A stretch of 64,000 bases of DNA. Origin: the human T2T-CHM13v2.0 reference genome, Homo sapiens. The stretch lies in assembly GCF_009914755.1 (NCBI RefSeq), contig NC_060931.1, one strand, 5' to 3'. Of the stretch, positions 44,929 through 59,875 are shown in pieces. A program made the translations under genes and the position numbers. Every line of letters starts with the position of its first letter. The stretch's first letter is position 1. The notes beneath the pieces were generated by a model, which was given only the letters and a program-made list of their open reading frames with translations, was not told the origin of the DNA and did no database searches.

Positions 44929-46169
44929 ATTCCATTCATTTTCCACTAAGAAAATTAGAAAACATTACTTGATATTAGCAGCCAACATCCATATCTTATC
45001 AGGTCTGTGGGATTGGTAATGGGAAATTGAAATATGCTAAACAGTACCTCTTAGTATCCTGCTGGAAAATCTTTCTATGTTTAGGGACAACTACAGAAAT
45101 ATTCACCAAAAATATCCGAGGGGGAAAACCCCTGTACATTACATGTAGAATATTAACACCTACAAGGTGGAGAAGAGAGAGGACGGATAAATTCATTAAT
45201 CTAAATTAAGCATATCCAGGTCACTGGCTATGGTGGATACTTGTTGGGGCACACATACACCAAGTCACTCTTCTTAAAAATTATCTAATGTTTGTTCTGG
45301 CATTCTCTGATCGCCACCCTGCTGGTGTGTTGGGGGAATCTGCCCTGTGGCCAACTCCAAAGTCCAATCCTGTTTGGCAGAGACAGAAAAAAAGAAACCC
45401 TAAATGACCCAGAGAGTGGCTGAATCAATCTAATTCTGTAACTCACCATACCTCTAATCTTTTCAATGATATAAGCTTTTATTGTTTAAGCCAGTCGGCA
45501 TTCAATTTTCTGTTTCTTACCATCAAAGTCATTCTACCTGCTGCATTGGAAAAATCTACCACACATCCCTGGGTATGTTACAATGAACCAACCTTTCCCT
45601 GTGGGAATAAAACAAGAGCAAATAAAGAAGTAAACGCTGGGCAGGAACATTGCAAAAACACTAATAATCCTTTTTTTTCTTCCTGCAGACTGCAATGCAC
45701 GTAGCTTGCAGTAAAAATCTTGAGAAATATCTAAAGCCAAAAAAGCTATTTAATGGTTTAAACCAGTTATCTAAGTTGATTTGACCTTGGTATTACCAAT
45801 TACACAAAACCAAGTAATATCCTACCTTCTGACATACATACTTTGGGGCCTTGGTACTCATCTTCATGGCAAGTAAGCTGATTCTTAGTTATATGCATAC
45901 AAAGCCTGTTAATTTTTAAATCCACACTCATTTCTCTTGCAATCTGGAGCCTTGTTGGAATATCTCTCACTGCTTTCAGCTACTGCCTGAGCAAATTAGC
46001 ATGCATGTACTCCTGAACAAAATAGATTGAGCAAAGCGAATCTGTGGCTTCCAAAGTTATGTTACGTGAAAATACAGAGGTCTTTGGAATCACTGAAAAG
46101 TTCTGGGCTGTATGTGCATTTCTGTCTTCAAATGCAAAGATGTCCCTACATCTTCAACATCAAGAGTGT

Positions 46170-46425
46170 AGGGTTTAAGAGCATAGTTCCAGAGTCAGAG
46201 ACTACGTGAGTTCAACTCTTGGCTCTACCACTTTTAAATTGTGTCGACTTGGCAAGTTTATTTCCCCAGTCTCAAGTCCTTATTATAAAATGTGAGTTAT
46301 GATAGACAGTATGTAAAGTCTAGCGTGGATATAAAAATTTAATGATCGTAATAATAATTCATATAAAGCAGGCAGCACAGTACCTGGCACATAATAAAGG
46401 TACAACAGATGTTTCTTGCTGTGAT
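46170..46425 (+). mobile_element. MIR SINE
   Basis: GTTTAAGAGCATAGTTCCAGAGTCAGA..GAGTTCAACTCTTGGCTCTACCAC..GCACAGTACCTGGCACATAATAA. Confidence 0.75.
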
Positions 46426-46840
46426 TGTAATATCTGCAATTGATACTGGAAAAGAAAATAATTAATGCATGAAAAAATGTATCTTCCCAAAGATATATCA
46501 GGGCTTCAGGGAAAAGAAACGTGAATTAAAGTAATAATAACTCTCAATATAAAGTGAGTGGATCCAACTTAAAGTTAAACATTAATTCTTGATTATTTGC
46601 TTTGGGAAGAGGAAGGAACAGAGTACATTAAAAATAAATAATACCCCAACAACTCATAAACCCAATAACTACAGCACAGCTTCAACATGTCTTAGAACAA
46701 AATTCCCAAAACAACAAGAGACCCATGTACAAATTAAGTTAAAAACATATTCCATAATGAAATCTACAGTCCTAAAAACCAGCATTTCAGATTATCAGTA
46801 ACATTAAATGAGCATACAAATTCAAACCTGTGTTTTCAGA

Positions 46841-47540
46841 TTTGCGGCTGACCTACGACAGAAATAAATGAACTAACTAGAGATAACTCCTTTATTGGGC
46901 TTCCATCTAAAGCTAAGCTTTACTTAGGCTTTCAAATTGTTGCACTTACTTCCTAAATCAGATATGTCACCAAAACTGCCCACTTTTGTCAACTGTCAGG
47001 AAAACTGACAATACGAAGTTCACAAAGACGAAGCAGGGAAGAAAATAGCAATTTGACTTGCAGTCCACTCTCAGGTTTTAACCGTATGGAAAATTTTATA
47101 TACACATATATTTTCCAAAGTTATGGAATATGGTTTAGAATCTCAGGAATCCCATTCTCACTGAATAATTAAACTGGGAGAATGAGAGGTTTCACACCAT
47201 GACAATGCCACTATCAGAACTTACTGAACCCCAGAAAGGACCTATGGCCACCTCACCCAGAGGAGCAGGCTTGTCCATGCACACGCACAGACCACAGTAT
47301 GAATGATGCCCCTGGAACTGGATAATGCATAATCTCCATTTCTTAGATTCCCGCCCTAAAAGGAGGGCCACATTTGCTTACAACAGCTCAAGGCCTAGAT
47401 TCTCTGGAATTTTCCCAAGAGAGTTATTTTGCATTTGCTTACAATTTGAAAGCCTAAGTAAAGCTTAGCTCTAGATGGAAGCCCAACGAAGAAAGTATCT
47501 CTAGTTAGTTCATTTATTTCTGTTATAGGTCAGCTGCAAA
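46841..47540. repeat. Long non-Alu inverted repeat: arms 46841-46940 and 47441-47540, 500-bp spacer
   Basis: Ungapped manual alignment, 91/100 identical. Confidence 0.95.
46950..46992 (-). other. Candidate 43-nt exon inside the inverted-repeat loop
   Basis: GTCAGTTTTCCTGACAG|TTGAC ... AGGAA|GTAAGT. Confidence 0.4.
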
Positions 47541-48125
47541 GAGTAGCATAAGAGATTTTAATCAAGCAAATACTTGGAGCAAAATTAGTGCTGACAACAA
47601 TCTTGTAAGCAAAATTTGTGTGCAGGTGAGTCAGAATGTGTTTTGTGGCACTGAAAGAGTTAACCACCTGTCCTATCAACAGTGTTTACTTTTGTGTTTG
47701 GCTCATTCACTTCCTCAGTTTCTCCACAAACCTAGCTTATGAAATCAAATGACTGCAAGCAACTAGCTGTAAAAGCTAAACCCCTACTGAGCACTTTCTA
47801 TGAGCGTGATACTCTGCCAAGCATGATTTCATTTAATTCTCTCAACGATCCTAGAAGAGGGCACCGTTTTACAGCCAAGGAAACTGAGGCACAGAAGTTT
47901 TGCTGGTGGACACACCACTGAAGAGGGGATAGAAAGACTGGACCAGAGGCAGCTGTTATGCATGGAAAGGCGTCCCCTGAGAAAGACACGTTGAAGTCCT
48001 TTCCTGCTATCTGTGAATGTGACCTTATTTGGAAATAGGTCTCTGCAGACATAATCAAGTTAAAACGAGGTCATTTGGGCAGGTGCTAACCCACTAGGAC
48101 TGTTATCTTTATAAAAAGAGGAAGA

Positions 48126-48768
<643 letters not shown>

Positions 48769-51700
48769 TCAGGCCAACTCCTTGATTTTGGACTGCTAGT
48801 TTCTAGAGCTGTGAGAGAACAAATCTGCATGGTTTTAAGCCACCCAGTTCATCAAAAGATGTTAAGGGAGCCCCAGGAAACAAACTCAACATTGCAGGCT
48901 CTCCCCAGCTACTCTTTCCTGCCTCCATTTTCTTTCCACTTGACCTGACCTATCTGCTAAGAGACAGAAACCAAAATTTTCATTCCACCTTCTTTTTCTG
49001 GACTTGAGATTGCTACAGATAGAAAGTGCAGCACATTTTGAACTGTCTTTAACAGTGTGTTTTTTAAAATTAATTTTCACATTAGAGCATTCTACCCCTA
49101 AGTATTTTCTAGATCAGCTCAGGCATCTCTGCTCCCCATACCTCTACCCCTGACAGCAGCCTGCAGCACCACAGTACTCCAAGCAGTTAGCAACTTCAAA
49201 ACAGATTTTCAAAGTGCAATATCTGGTGGCCTGGCCCAGTACATTGCAATAAGGTAAGGCCCGTAGGGAGATTCCAGAATCTGGAACTGGATCTGCCCAG
49301 GCCCCTGGGGTGAGCAAGACCTCTGGCAAGGAGAAAGAGCTTCAGTAGTGGGAAGGGACTGTGCTGTGCCAGTGCAACTCTGTATCTGGTGAATAGCAAC
49401 ACCATGGATGCGTCAGAGTCAGCTCAGATAACCTCGGTCAGATGCTGACCTGCAGAAGTCTCAGGCAGGGCCAAGCGTGGAGATGGAAAATCCAGAAACA
49501 CACAGATGCGGGCAGGCAGAATCACAGAAGTCATCTCGCAGGTATTATAAGGAGGTGTCAGTCATCAGGTTAAGCGTGGGAGGCAAACTGCAGCTTCTGC
49601 AGTGAAGGGGCAGTGAGGCGAGATGGGGATGGTAAGAGTCAAGTGCCCAGCTCTCAGGGTGCTGCAGAGGCTAGGAGTCGGGTACTCGCAACAAGACTAA
49701 GCAGCTACGGAACATGAGTCGAGGGAAGAAGAGCACCCAGCGTGATTGAGATCTCTCCAGTGTTGGGTCCCAGGGTCCTAGAGACTCCCCCATAACCCCA
49801 CTCCTACCCCCCAGGACTGAGCCCGCAGAGGAGGATGCTGGCAGGGAGAACAGAAACAGCCGCTCAGGATGCAGGCAGGCTCTGACCCAATGTGGACTTC
49901 TAAATGCCTTAGCTGAAATGCAGAAAGCATTTTCTGGTAGAACAAGGCTAGGTTTCCAAGCTCGGAGAAAACCCAAAATAATACTCTTAAAATATTTGTA
50001 ATTAAAAATCTAAATAGAAGGCTATGATAATTGAGAAGAAAGTAGTATTTTTTACCTTTGTTAGAGTACTTGGTGAACAGCAGAATTAATTAGGAGAACA
50101 GGAGGAAGAAGATGGAGATGCTATCTGGAAATGTCAATATATTCATGGGCCGTTTGTGATTGGATGGGTTTGTTTTGTTTAATCTGTTTTCTACTAAAAA
50201 TGTATGATTTTTTTCTTTGTTGTCCTCTCAGGGTTGTTGTAAAATTAGATATGATAATATGTGATAACACTTTGGAAACAGTAAAATGTTAGGGCAAATT
50301 AAGGCTGCAATATTGCCATTTACATAGAGGTGTCAGAACTATCACTATTTAAATAATTGTATACAATTTGCTAGATGCAGAAAACTATAAAGATGAGGCC
50401 TCCTGGTGCTTACCAAGGCTGTCTTCTTACACTGACTGAAGCAGAGAAAGAGGAAGCAGAGTAAACCTATACCATGTGCACCTCAGCCCAGGCCCTGTGT
50501 GTGTGCCTGGTCTGTATTGTAAATGCAGGGAAATGGAGTTGAAGAAAAAAGTACTATAAAGATGAATAAAGTTTGGTCATATGTGTATCATCCAGAGATG
50601 ACCAGTGGCAACATTTTCATATCATTTATTTCAGTAATTTTTAGTTTACTTATTTTTACACAATTGAGTTCACACTATTTCACATCATGCTGTTTTCACT
50701 TATATGCATTTTCCCTTGCACAAAACATCCTATCATCATTTGTAATTGCTGCAATATTCCATTGCATGGTGATATAATTCAACCATTTACCGGTCTTTGG
50801 AGAAGGAGGATGTTTTCACGATTTACACATACCTAATACAAATCACTGGGGGCTTTCAGAGGCTGAGAGGTAAGGCCCCTGAGTCAAAGCACAGGACGAG
50901 TCTTGTGCTCTCAGTACCAATAGCCAAATGGCCTCCCAGCAAGGCTGCAGCACTGTTCACTCCAAGGGCAATGTGAAAATAGCTGCCCTGGCACACTTCA
51001 ACAGCACGAAGTGCTCCATGGGTCACCTAGCAAAGATGGTTTTATTAGGTAGTAAGAAGGGGAAAAACACATTTTATATTTGGACATTAGGAGCAGAGAT
51101 ATATTACCATGAAGCTAAGAAACCGTAATCTTCAGAGCCTTCCACTTGACTAAGCCCTGCCCATTCTCATTCTAAATAAACCATTCACTTTTGTACCTGA
51201 TTTTGTGTTATTTTCATAAAGGGGGCTCCACAAAATGTGGATGGATCCATCACTGTCTAGGAAGAACATTTGAGGCTGTGCTCGATAAACCAGTGACACT
51301 TTCCACAAGCACAGAGCTAAACTACATTGCCTGGCCTTTCCTGCGTGTGCCACAGCTGGGATTAGGTTTTGGCTAAAGGAAGGTGGCATGCTGGCTAGAC
51401 ACTGATGCCCCGTGTAACTCCACTGACCACTTTGTTAGAAGACTTGGTGAACAGCAGAATTAATTAGGGGAATAGGAGAATGCACTTTAAAGTGATCAAA
51501 TACTTCACTCTTATTGTATTGTCACTGATATTTTGGGGTCATTTATAACAGCTTTTAGCATTAACTACAGTGACTAAAGCAAAGCCTTCCAAAACTTAGC
51601 CACACATGACCTGTCCATCTTGCTGGCTCTCTTCGGATGCCTGTATCACAACTGCCTTACTAATTTGGCATCTTTCATTCTTACTTCCAACCCAAGCAAG

Positions 51701-53659
51701 CAAACTGATTTACACCAAGTCTACACACTTGTATCTGATGGCCTCAGATTTCACTGCTGCAAACCTGCTTCTGCCATGCAGTATGTAAAAGTGAAGCCCA
51801 GAACCCTAAGCCACATCTTCCTCTTAAAAGCACACTCTGAGCAGTACAGACTAACCTCTTCCTAATGAGGAGATGGAGCAAGTGGCAGAGTTAAACAATT
51901 TCCACCAAACACTTTAGAATCCTGAGTTTTCTGCAAAGGAGCACAGATGTTCATATCTCTGACAGCAGCCAGAAGCCTCTGCCAACACAACAGCCCATTT
52001 CAAGAGAAAAACAGACACAAATACTAAGTATATGCCAAGTTTCCTCTCAAATAGCTTTCCCCCGTTTTCTTATTTCATCCAGTTTGACGTTCTTTCTACC
52101 TTGCCCACCACATATTTTCTGATCTCCCAGTGCTCACCCATTTTGCAATGATCAGCCAGAAGGGCTCAAAATTGCTTGCACCCTTCCGAAATACATTCTG
52201 CTCTATATCCAACAACTTCCTCAAGCCCCTTATCAAAATATCACAAGTTCCTTTGGGCCACGATTAAAGTTCTCACCCCAGATGCTATAAATCTTTCCCT
52301 GTGAGGATAGTCCTCATGATATCAAAGCTAAGAACAGTCAAGCCTGGAGATTCTTGAATATAATCACAACTCCCAAACACCAGGCTGTTTTGAAGGCAGC
52401 ACATCAATTCATTCCTGGGTTCTTAGGGGCTGAATATGCAGCACATGGATGAAGTTGCAAAAGGAAGGGGTGGAAAATTAAAGGCTTTATCAAAACTAGA
52501 TTGCAATGGATTTCTGAATATTCTTCCAACAGACAGGGATAAAAACAGCCATGCATTATAGACTTCGGCAGAAGAGGGCTGGCCAAAAGGGTTAACCATT
52601 TTCATTGGTCAAAACTGGCCCCTCTGCTTGGAGTTTACAATGCAGTGGGACTGAACCACAAGAAGCTGGGGCCAAAAGTGATGGGCAGTGGTGTTTCTGA
52701 CCTGAGTGGGACCAGGAAGCCAACCTATCCTCCCAAAATGTAGACAAGGGGTGCCTCTGTCCCCATACAAAGGATGACCTTTAAAGAATGCAGTTCTCAA
52801 GCCAATTGCATTGTGCAACTCAGATATTTGTGGTCTCATCTGACTGGTTAGCTCTCATGTTTAGAACATCTGGCTAACAAGATTAAAGCCTATCCCAGGA
52901 TAAGAAAATTAGCTTTCCTCTATTTCAACACCACAGACTCATCCTCATCCCAATTTGAAACAGCTACAAAAAGCGGGCAAACAATATTTATTGACTACCC
53001 ATTATATGCATAGCATCGAGGAATAAATTCAATGGGGAAATGAGCCTGCGTTATTCATCAAAGTCTTTTCCAGCCCTGGAAGAGTCTTATTTCTGTGAGT
53101 TTAGAAAAAGAATTTACATTTCTCTGGCCAAGAGGTCGGAGTTATTGGCTTAATTCATCAGCTTTTTTCCCCCAAAAAATCTGTGCTTCGCTTTGGCCTA
53201 AGGGACCTGGTACAAGTCACAACACATCAGCAACATTAATAGAGAAGCTCGTGTGGTTTTCCTGCTTCTCTTAGAGGATTCAGCTATTCGCAGGAATATA
53301 CAAGACTTTTAAGGAATTTTGTTAAGTCATGAAGCAAATGGCTTTCATAATTTTAAATGTTTTGATGGATTTTAAAACACTTAAACAGGTCTACAAATAG
53401 ATGAAGCAGGCAACACTTGCCTTCCTATTTAGAAAAAAAAGCGTTTTAAAACTCATTTACTGATTGTGTAAACTCCAAAATGTTTTCTAGTCATGATGCA
53501 CTACAAGACTTCTTTGGAAATCTAAAAATCAGACAAGCATGATGCCACACTAAAAGAAGTCATGATGTCTGAAGATACCTCCAAAGGCCATTTCAGACTC
53601 TCTGGGCTTGGGGAAAACCATTTAGATACTTTTCTACCTAGAGTTCATAACAAAAGCTA

Positions 53660-53860
53660 CCATTTATTGGCCACAGCCCATGAGCCAAGCCTGTTAAGTC
53701 TGCACAGCAAACTCTAGAGGTCTGTATTGTTACCCTCATTTTACAGATGGGGAATTGAGATTCAGAAGCATTACATAACTTGTTTAAATTTTCCTATCTG
53801 GTAAACCAAGAAAATGGGACTCAGGTCCCACTCCTTCAGGCTCCTGGTGCCATGCTCTTA
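53660..53860 (-). mobile_element. MIR SINE
   Basis: CCCTCATTTTACAGATGGGGAATTGAGATTCAGA core. Confidence 0.7.
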
Positions 53861-54049
53861 GTGAGGCACCAGTGTCTTCTGTGTTACAGGTTATCACCCT
53901 AAAATATATAGGGAAAAACATGGCACAATTTCCCTTCAGTAACATATGTCATAATTTCATCAGACATTCATCTTATAACCTGCAGTAAACTACAGACATG
54001 ATTAAGTCTGTGTCTCTTTACCTAATGTCTAAAGATACTTCTGAGGCTA

Positions 54050-54398
<349 letters not shown>

Positions 54399-55844
54399 TC
54401 ATTTTTGAAACATTGATTCTTATTTTTTTTATATATGTGTTTGTCTCTTTTCTGCCAATAGTTTATTTCACTGTACAAGGCTTTATGGATCATACCAAAA
54501 TCAATTTCTTCTCAGGGAAATACGGACTTGGGAAAACTTAGGTTTCCACTCCTAGCAAAGAATTTGACAGATAGTGTCCGATTCATTACCCTTTCTCTTT
54601 TTTAAAAAATAAATGCCCTCTACCAGAGAAGTCGCATGTCTAATCACTAAAACACCCATCTCTGAAAGTGATGATGCCCTTCCCTTAAACTAAATGATCT
54701 GCTCTGGAGGAAGTGTGTGTGAGTACTTGCTGGGGGCTACGCTGGGTGGTCATCCTTGGACCTCATGGGTAGGGGTCCCTCTAAAGCAGGGAGTCCCCTG
54801 TGGAATGCAGACCAAGGTCCAGTGGGGCACTTGCCCACTTCCCAGGACAACAAAGCAAACTAAGAGGCCAGCTGCATGCCACCAACAGATCATCATTTCC
54901 TCCAGAGCAAAATGGTCTTCATCAGCCATAAATTCTTTCAAGAAAAAGATAGGCAAAGTAGAAAAGCCATATGCTTTGATCTTCTTTACCTTTTCCTGCC
55001 AGCACTGACCACCTGGGCAGCTCCGAATCTCCAGTCCAGTGGACTAAAAACTTCTCATACTGTACGAACATTAGCCAGTTTTCCTATGCTAGAAACAAAT
55101 AATGCAAAGAAAGCTATCATCCTTCCATGAGTCCTTCTCAGTACTCATGGGCAGGGATTCAGTATCCCACAGTAGGCTACATAGTTTAGAAAATTGCTAG
55201 ATGGATGGATTGCCCCATACCTACAGGTATGAGCTGATAAGATTCTGAGTCCTATCCGTTTTATTCCTGAACAAACCATATATACTCCTCAAGAATTTGT
55301 CAATATTAGCAATTGGGCTAGGCCTTAGAGATTCTGGCACATTAGCAAAATGGCCAAAAGCCTGGGAATCAAAATATGGTTGTGATCTGAAAATTCCAAC
55401 CAATGACACAATTTAGCAATGCCGAAAAACCTACAGAGATGATTTTCAAACATTACTCATTTCACAAATAATCTGTCCTGTAATGAGTGTTCAAGGTCAA
55501 TGCTGTTCAGAACTGGGTTTCTTAGCAAGGGTGACCAAGAGACCTATTTCAATCTGGGGACCTCTTGGAACATTTTGTTTTAAACTTCCCAAAGAGTAAC
55601 CCACACCAAAACTAATAATTATTATATATTTTTAATAATAATAATAATAATAAACCATTTTGTTATAGAATGGGAAAGATTCCAATCCATCAACAGCTTA
55701 TTCAACGAATATTTATTGAGGCTGTGTTATCACTGCCTCATACTAGAAACTGGGAAAACAAAGATGAAAGATGAAAAAGGCAAGCCCTCTGCCTTAAGAA
55801 GACCCAGGAAATGCTAGGGTTTCCAGTCTTCATAGATTTATGGT

Positions 55845-56215
55845 TTTCTTAGTCAATTCAGGATGCTCTAACAAAGTACCATAGACTAGGTGGCTTATTA
55901 ACAACAGAAATTTACTTCTCATAGTTCTAGAGGCTGAAAATGTGAGATCAGGGTGCCAGCAGGGTTGGGTTCTGGTGAGGGTGCTCTTCTGGGCTGTGGA
56001 CTGACAACTTCCCGTTATGTCTCACGTGGCAGAAAGAGCAGCAGAGAGCTCTCTTGGGTCCTTTTTATAAGGGCACTAATGCCAGAGGGCTCCACCCTCA
56101 GGACCTAAGGCCCTCCCAAAGACCCCACTTTCTAATACCATCATATTAGGTATGAGGATTTCAACATAAGAATTTGGAGGCGTGGGGGTGTGGGCACAAA
56201 CATTCAGTGCATCAT
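55845..56215 (-). mobile_element. MaLR LTR (MLT1A/MSTD-like)
   Basis: TAACAAAGTACCATAGACTAGGTGGCTTATTAACAACAGAAATTTAC..GGTTCTGGTGAGGG..TTATAAGGGCACTAAT..AAACATTCAG. Confidence 0.85.
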
Positions 56216-56784
56216 GATAGTTATCGAGAATTATTTACATGTGTCTCCTTATATCTGTGTCTTGTCCACTGGTTCATTGCTGTACCACTAATTCCCAGCA
56301 TGCTTGGCACATGGGAGGCACTGGATGTCTATCCGTTGAATGAATAAATTAATTAATGACATAAGCTCTGCCAACAGCTAGTTTTGGCTTTGGCCAAGTA
56401 ATCACAAACGTCAGATTTCCCATGTGTAAAATGAGTTTAAAACGTTAGGTTCCCCAAATAAGTGCTCCACAGAGTATTGGTTCTGCAAAATGTCATGGGT
56501 TTTATTGGAGAAAAAGGGAACCTGTGGCTGAGTTTGAAAACCATCAATATTACAAAAGAAAGCTGATTTCTACTTGAGTCTTCTCCAACTGTAATACGCT
56601 GATATACTGAGAACTTCTCAGGGGATGTCCTAGGCAGAGTCCCCCACTCCAATGAGGCTATAAAAATCATCATTTGCAAGTCTCCAGAACAAGACTCTGG
56701 ACCCTCATGCCTAGCAGTTTAACACCAACAAAAGGATCCATTCTTCAACATCTTCTTTGATGTGAACTATTCTCAGGGAGCTAA

Positions 56785-57221
<437 letters not shown>

Positions 57222-58797
57222 TTGTATTTGCTATAAAATAAAATACTAGTAGTAATTAATTCAAAAAAGGCCTGAAGTGAGAACTAAATGAGATAACATA
57301 TATAAATCACTTGGTACCACTCACAAGAGACGCTCTGTAAAGGTCAGCTCTCCTTGTTATTATTCACAAACATACCAGCATCTCGTTTGGATTCCAGTCT
57401 CAAGGTCACCAACAGGTAAACTCTGGCAAGTCAGTCCTTGTCTCGCCTCAGAAGTGTCACAGACAAAATCCAGGTTTTTGGCTTACATCAGTGTTTCCCA
57501 AACTCTAGTTCTTCAAAGACCATTTCCCAGCCCTATTTTACTCAGTATTTCTCTTACAATTATTGCATGTTAGTCTCATCCTAAACAAGGAAATCTAGGA
57601 AATCACAGGTTGGATATCCTTGTTATTCTTTTTCCAAGACACATGAAAATGAATAAAAAACTATTTAAATATTCCCTAAAAGCCAGCATTATACCTAACT
57701 CATTTTCAATGCCATACACCGAGAAACATCTACTCAGGATTTTTATCCAAGATCCTTCTGCTAAAAAGATTCTACGTCTTTTTTCCCGAAAAAAAGAAAA
57801 AAATCACAGACTAACCTTTGCAAACACTAACCTGAGCCCCCTAAGACAATACAGTAGTTCAGACCACAAGGGGGTCTTCTTTAGAAACGAGATTCAAATC
57901 TAGTTTCTAGGCTAAACATCTGAACATCAGAGATCACAGAAGGTGCGGAGATGACTCTATGGCTTTCCAAAGAAAGAATGACATCAACTTCCAGAATACA
58001 GTGACATCTCTGTGATGTGCTACGTTAGCTGAGATATGAGGAGGCATTTTTAAAGATATGTTTCAGGCTAAGACTTTTTCAAATTCTAAAACTAAAATTC
58101 ACAAAAAGCCATTGCTCTCCCTCCAGGAAAAACACTTGCTTTAGAACTCTTGCAGCTCTGCATGGAAGAATCCTGTCACCTCAGTCTGGGTCAGCAGTGA
58201 CCAACACTGCAACGTGTCACAGATCACTCTGATAGGAATATCACCCTCCTTCAGATGCCACCAAAACCAACACCACTATGGGATGGCTGAAAACCTATAA
58301 AAATATTTTAGATTAGTCATAAATAAAATGACTCAGGATGATATTCTGCAAACATTTTATGGACTCCAAACATTGAGCCTTTTCAAAAGTAAAAGTGAGC
58401 CTAAGTGGCAGTGGATAATATCGCTATTTTTGCTTTTAACTGCAATTATTCCCAAGCCCTTTTAATAGCTGTCACTTTTCATTTCCAGGCTGTAGCAAAT
58501 TATAGTAAGAGGAGAAGGGAGCTGACAGCTCATTTCTTCAGTGAATGGCATGCTCTTCCATTTCTGCAAGGCCTGTGGGCCCTACTTTATGGCACATTCA
58601 CCATCCCCAGGAAAATCCTGCTAAAAGAAGCAATAAAGACAATAGTGCTCAAGTCTGCCAGCTTGGAGGCTTTGGGTACTCCAGCAGAGTTTCCCAGGCC
58701 TCCATGCATTCTGATCAATAGGGGAGAAAAATAAGTTATCCCCATAGATACCCCAAAGGCATTTTATCTTTTTATCTACATGAAGGATGTATGCTTG

Positions 58798-58799
<2 letters not shown>

Positions 58800-58830
<31 letters not shown>

Positions 58831-58838
58831 TGTGTGTG
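58800..58838. repeat. (TG)n microsatellite
   Basis: Read directly. Confidence 0.97.
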
Positions 58839-59789
58839 CACACACACGTTGGAGGGGAACAGAGACAGCTGGTTTCATTTGAAAGGAATTAATAATGCAG
58901 GTATTATTAATATCATAAACCTCATCCTCTTAGGATACATATCCCAGTGAAAAGAGAACTAGGTCAAAGGCACAAAACAGTTCATAAAAAATAAAATATT
59001 TTTGAATCTAAAATAGCACCTAATAAAAAAAAAACTGAGTGATCACTTTTGCAACCTAGAAAATGGTGCAGCCTGTCCCTAAATATTAAAGTAGTATGAA
59101 TACAAAAACAACTTTTAAGAGGAGCTTTCAGAACTCAAGCTAATGAATCCAGTTATGTTGCTGCTTGGCAGTCTTGACTAAATGGAACATTCAACTCCAG
59201 ACAGGGATTGGGCAGAACCAGCTAACCAATGTGTATATGCCTGGAGCCAATCTCATCTGTGTCACCAGAGCGATAATCAGAATCCAGAACCTTGGAATGA
59301 CATTTCTTTTTGTAATATTGGTTCCTTTTTAAGTCAACATGTAGCCTAAAGATCAAAACAATCAAATGAAAATGTGTATTAGAAAGACCCCTAGGAAATA
59401 TTTTCCACCACGTCTTCAGAAATGCAAAGACCCAACAGATGAAAGAAGAGCAATCCTGAAATTAATTGCTGCTCAGAAGATCAGCTTTTTACTTTTTAAT
59501 TAACATTCTGTCCTAATCCAAGAGCCAGAAGAAAAACATACGATGTATAGTGCTTACGCACCTCTTATGGGGAAGTGTTAACCTTTCTTCCTCAGCCTTT
59601 CTCTATTTTCATCAAAATGTGTTTAAATTTAAGATGCAGTCTTGGCAGAGTGTGTAGCTCAGTGATGCAAATAGTGTGGGATGGTGCCACCCAGAACTCC
59701 ATGTGTGGGAGAATAACTAGGAAATCAACTTTCCTTTTCTCTGTGCAACTCTATTTCATCCAGAGGAGGATGTGGGCACACGTACTGCA

Positions 59790-59814
59790 GGTTGTTGTTG
59801 TTGTTGTTGTTGTT
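59790..59814. repeat. (GTT)8 microsatellite
   Basis: Read directly. Confidence 0.95.
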
Positions 59815-59875
59815 ATTTTTTCCAACTGGGCAAGGGAGGAGGTATGGAGAGGAAAAGCCAAGTGATATTTTGGAA

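Noticed and set aside
49400-49900. CpG island or promoter
   Set aside because: GC is modestly raised but CpGs are sparse; by eye it does not look like an island
58800-58848. miRNA-like hairpin at (TG)n-GCAC-(AC)n
   Set aside because: Pairing comes from simple dinucleotide repeats only
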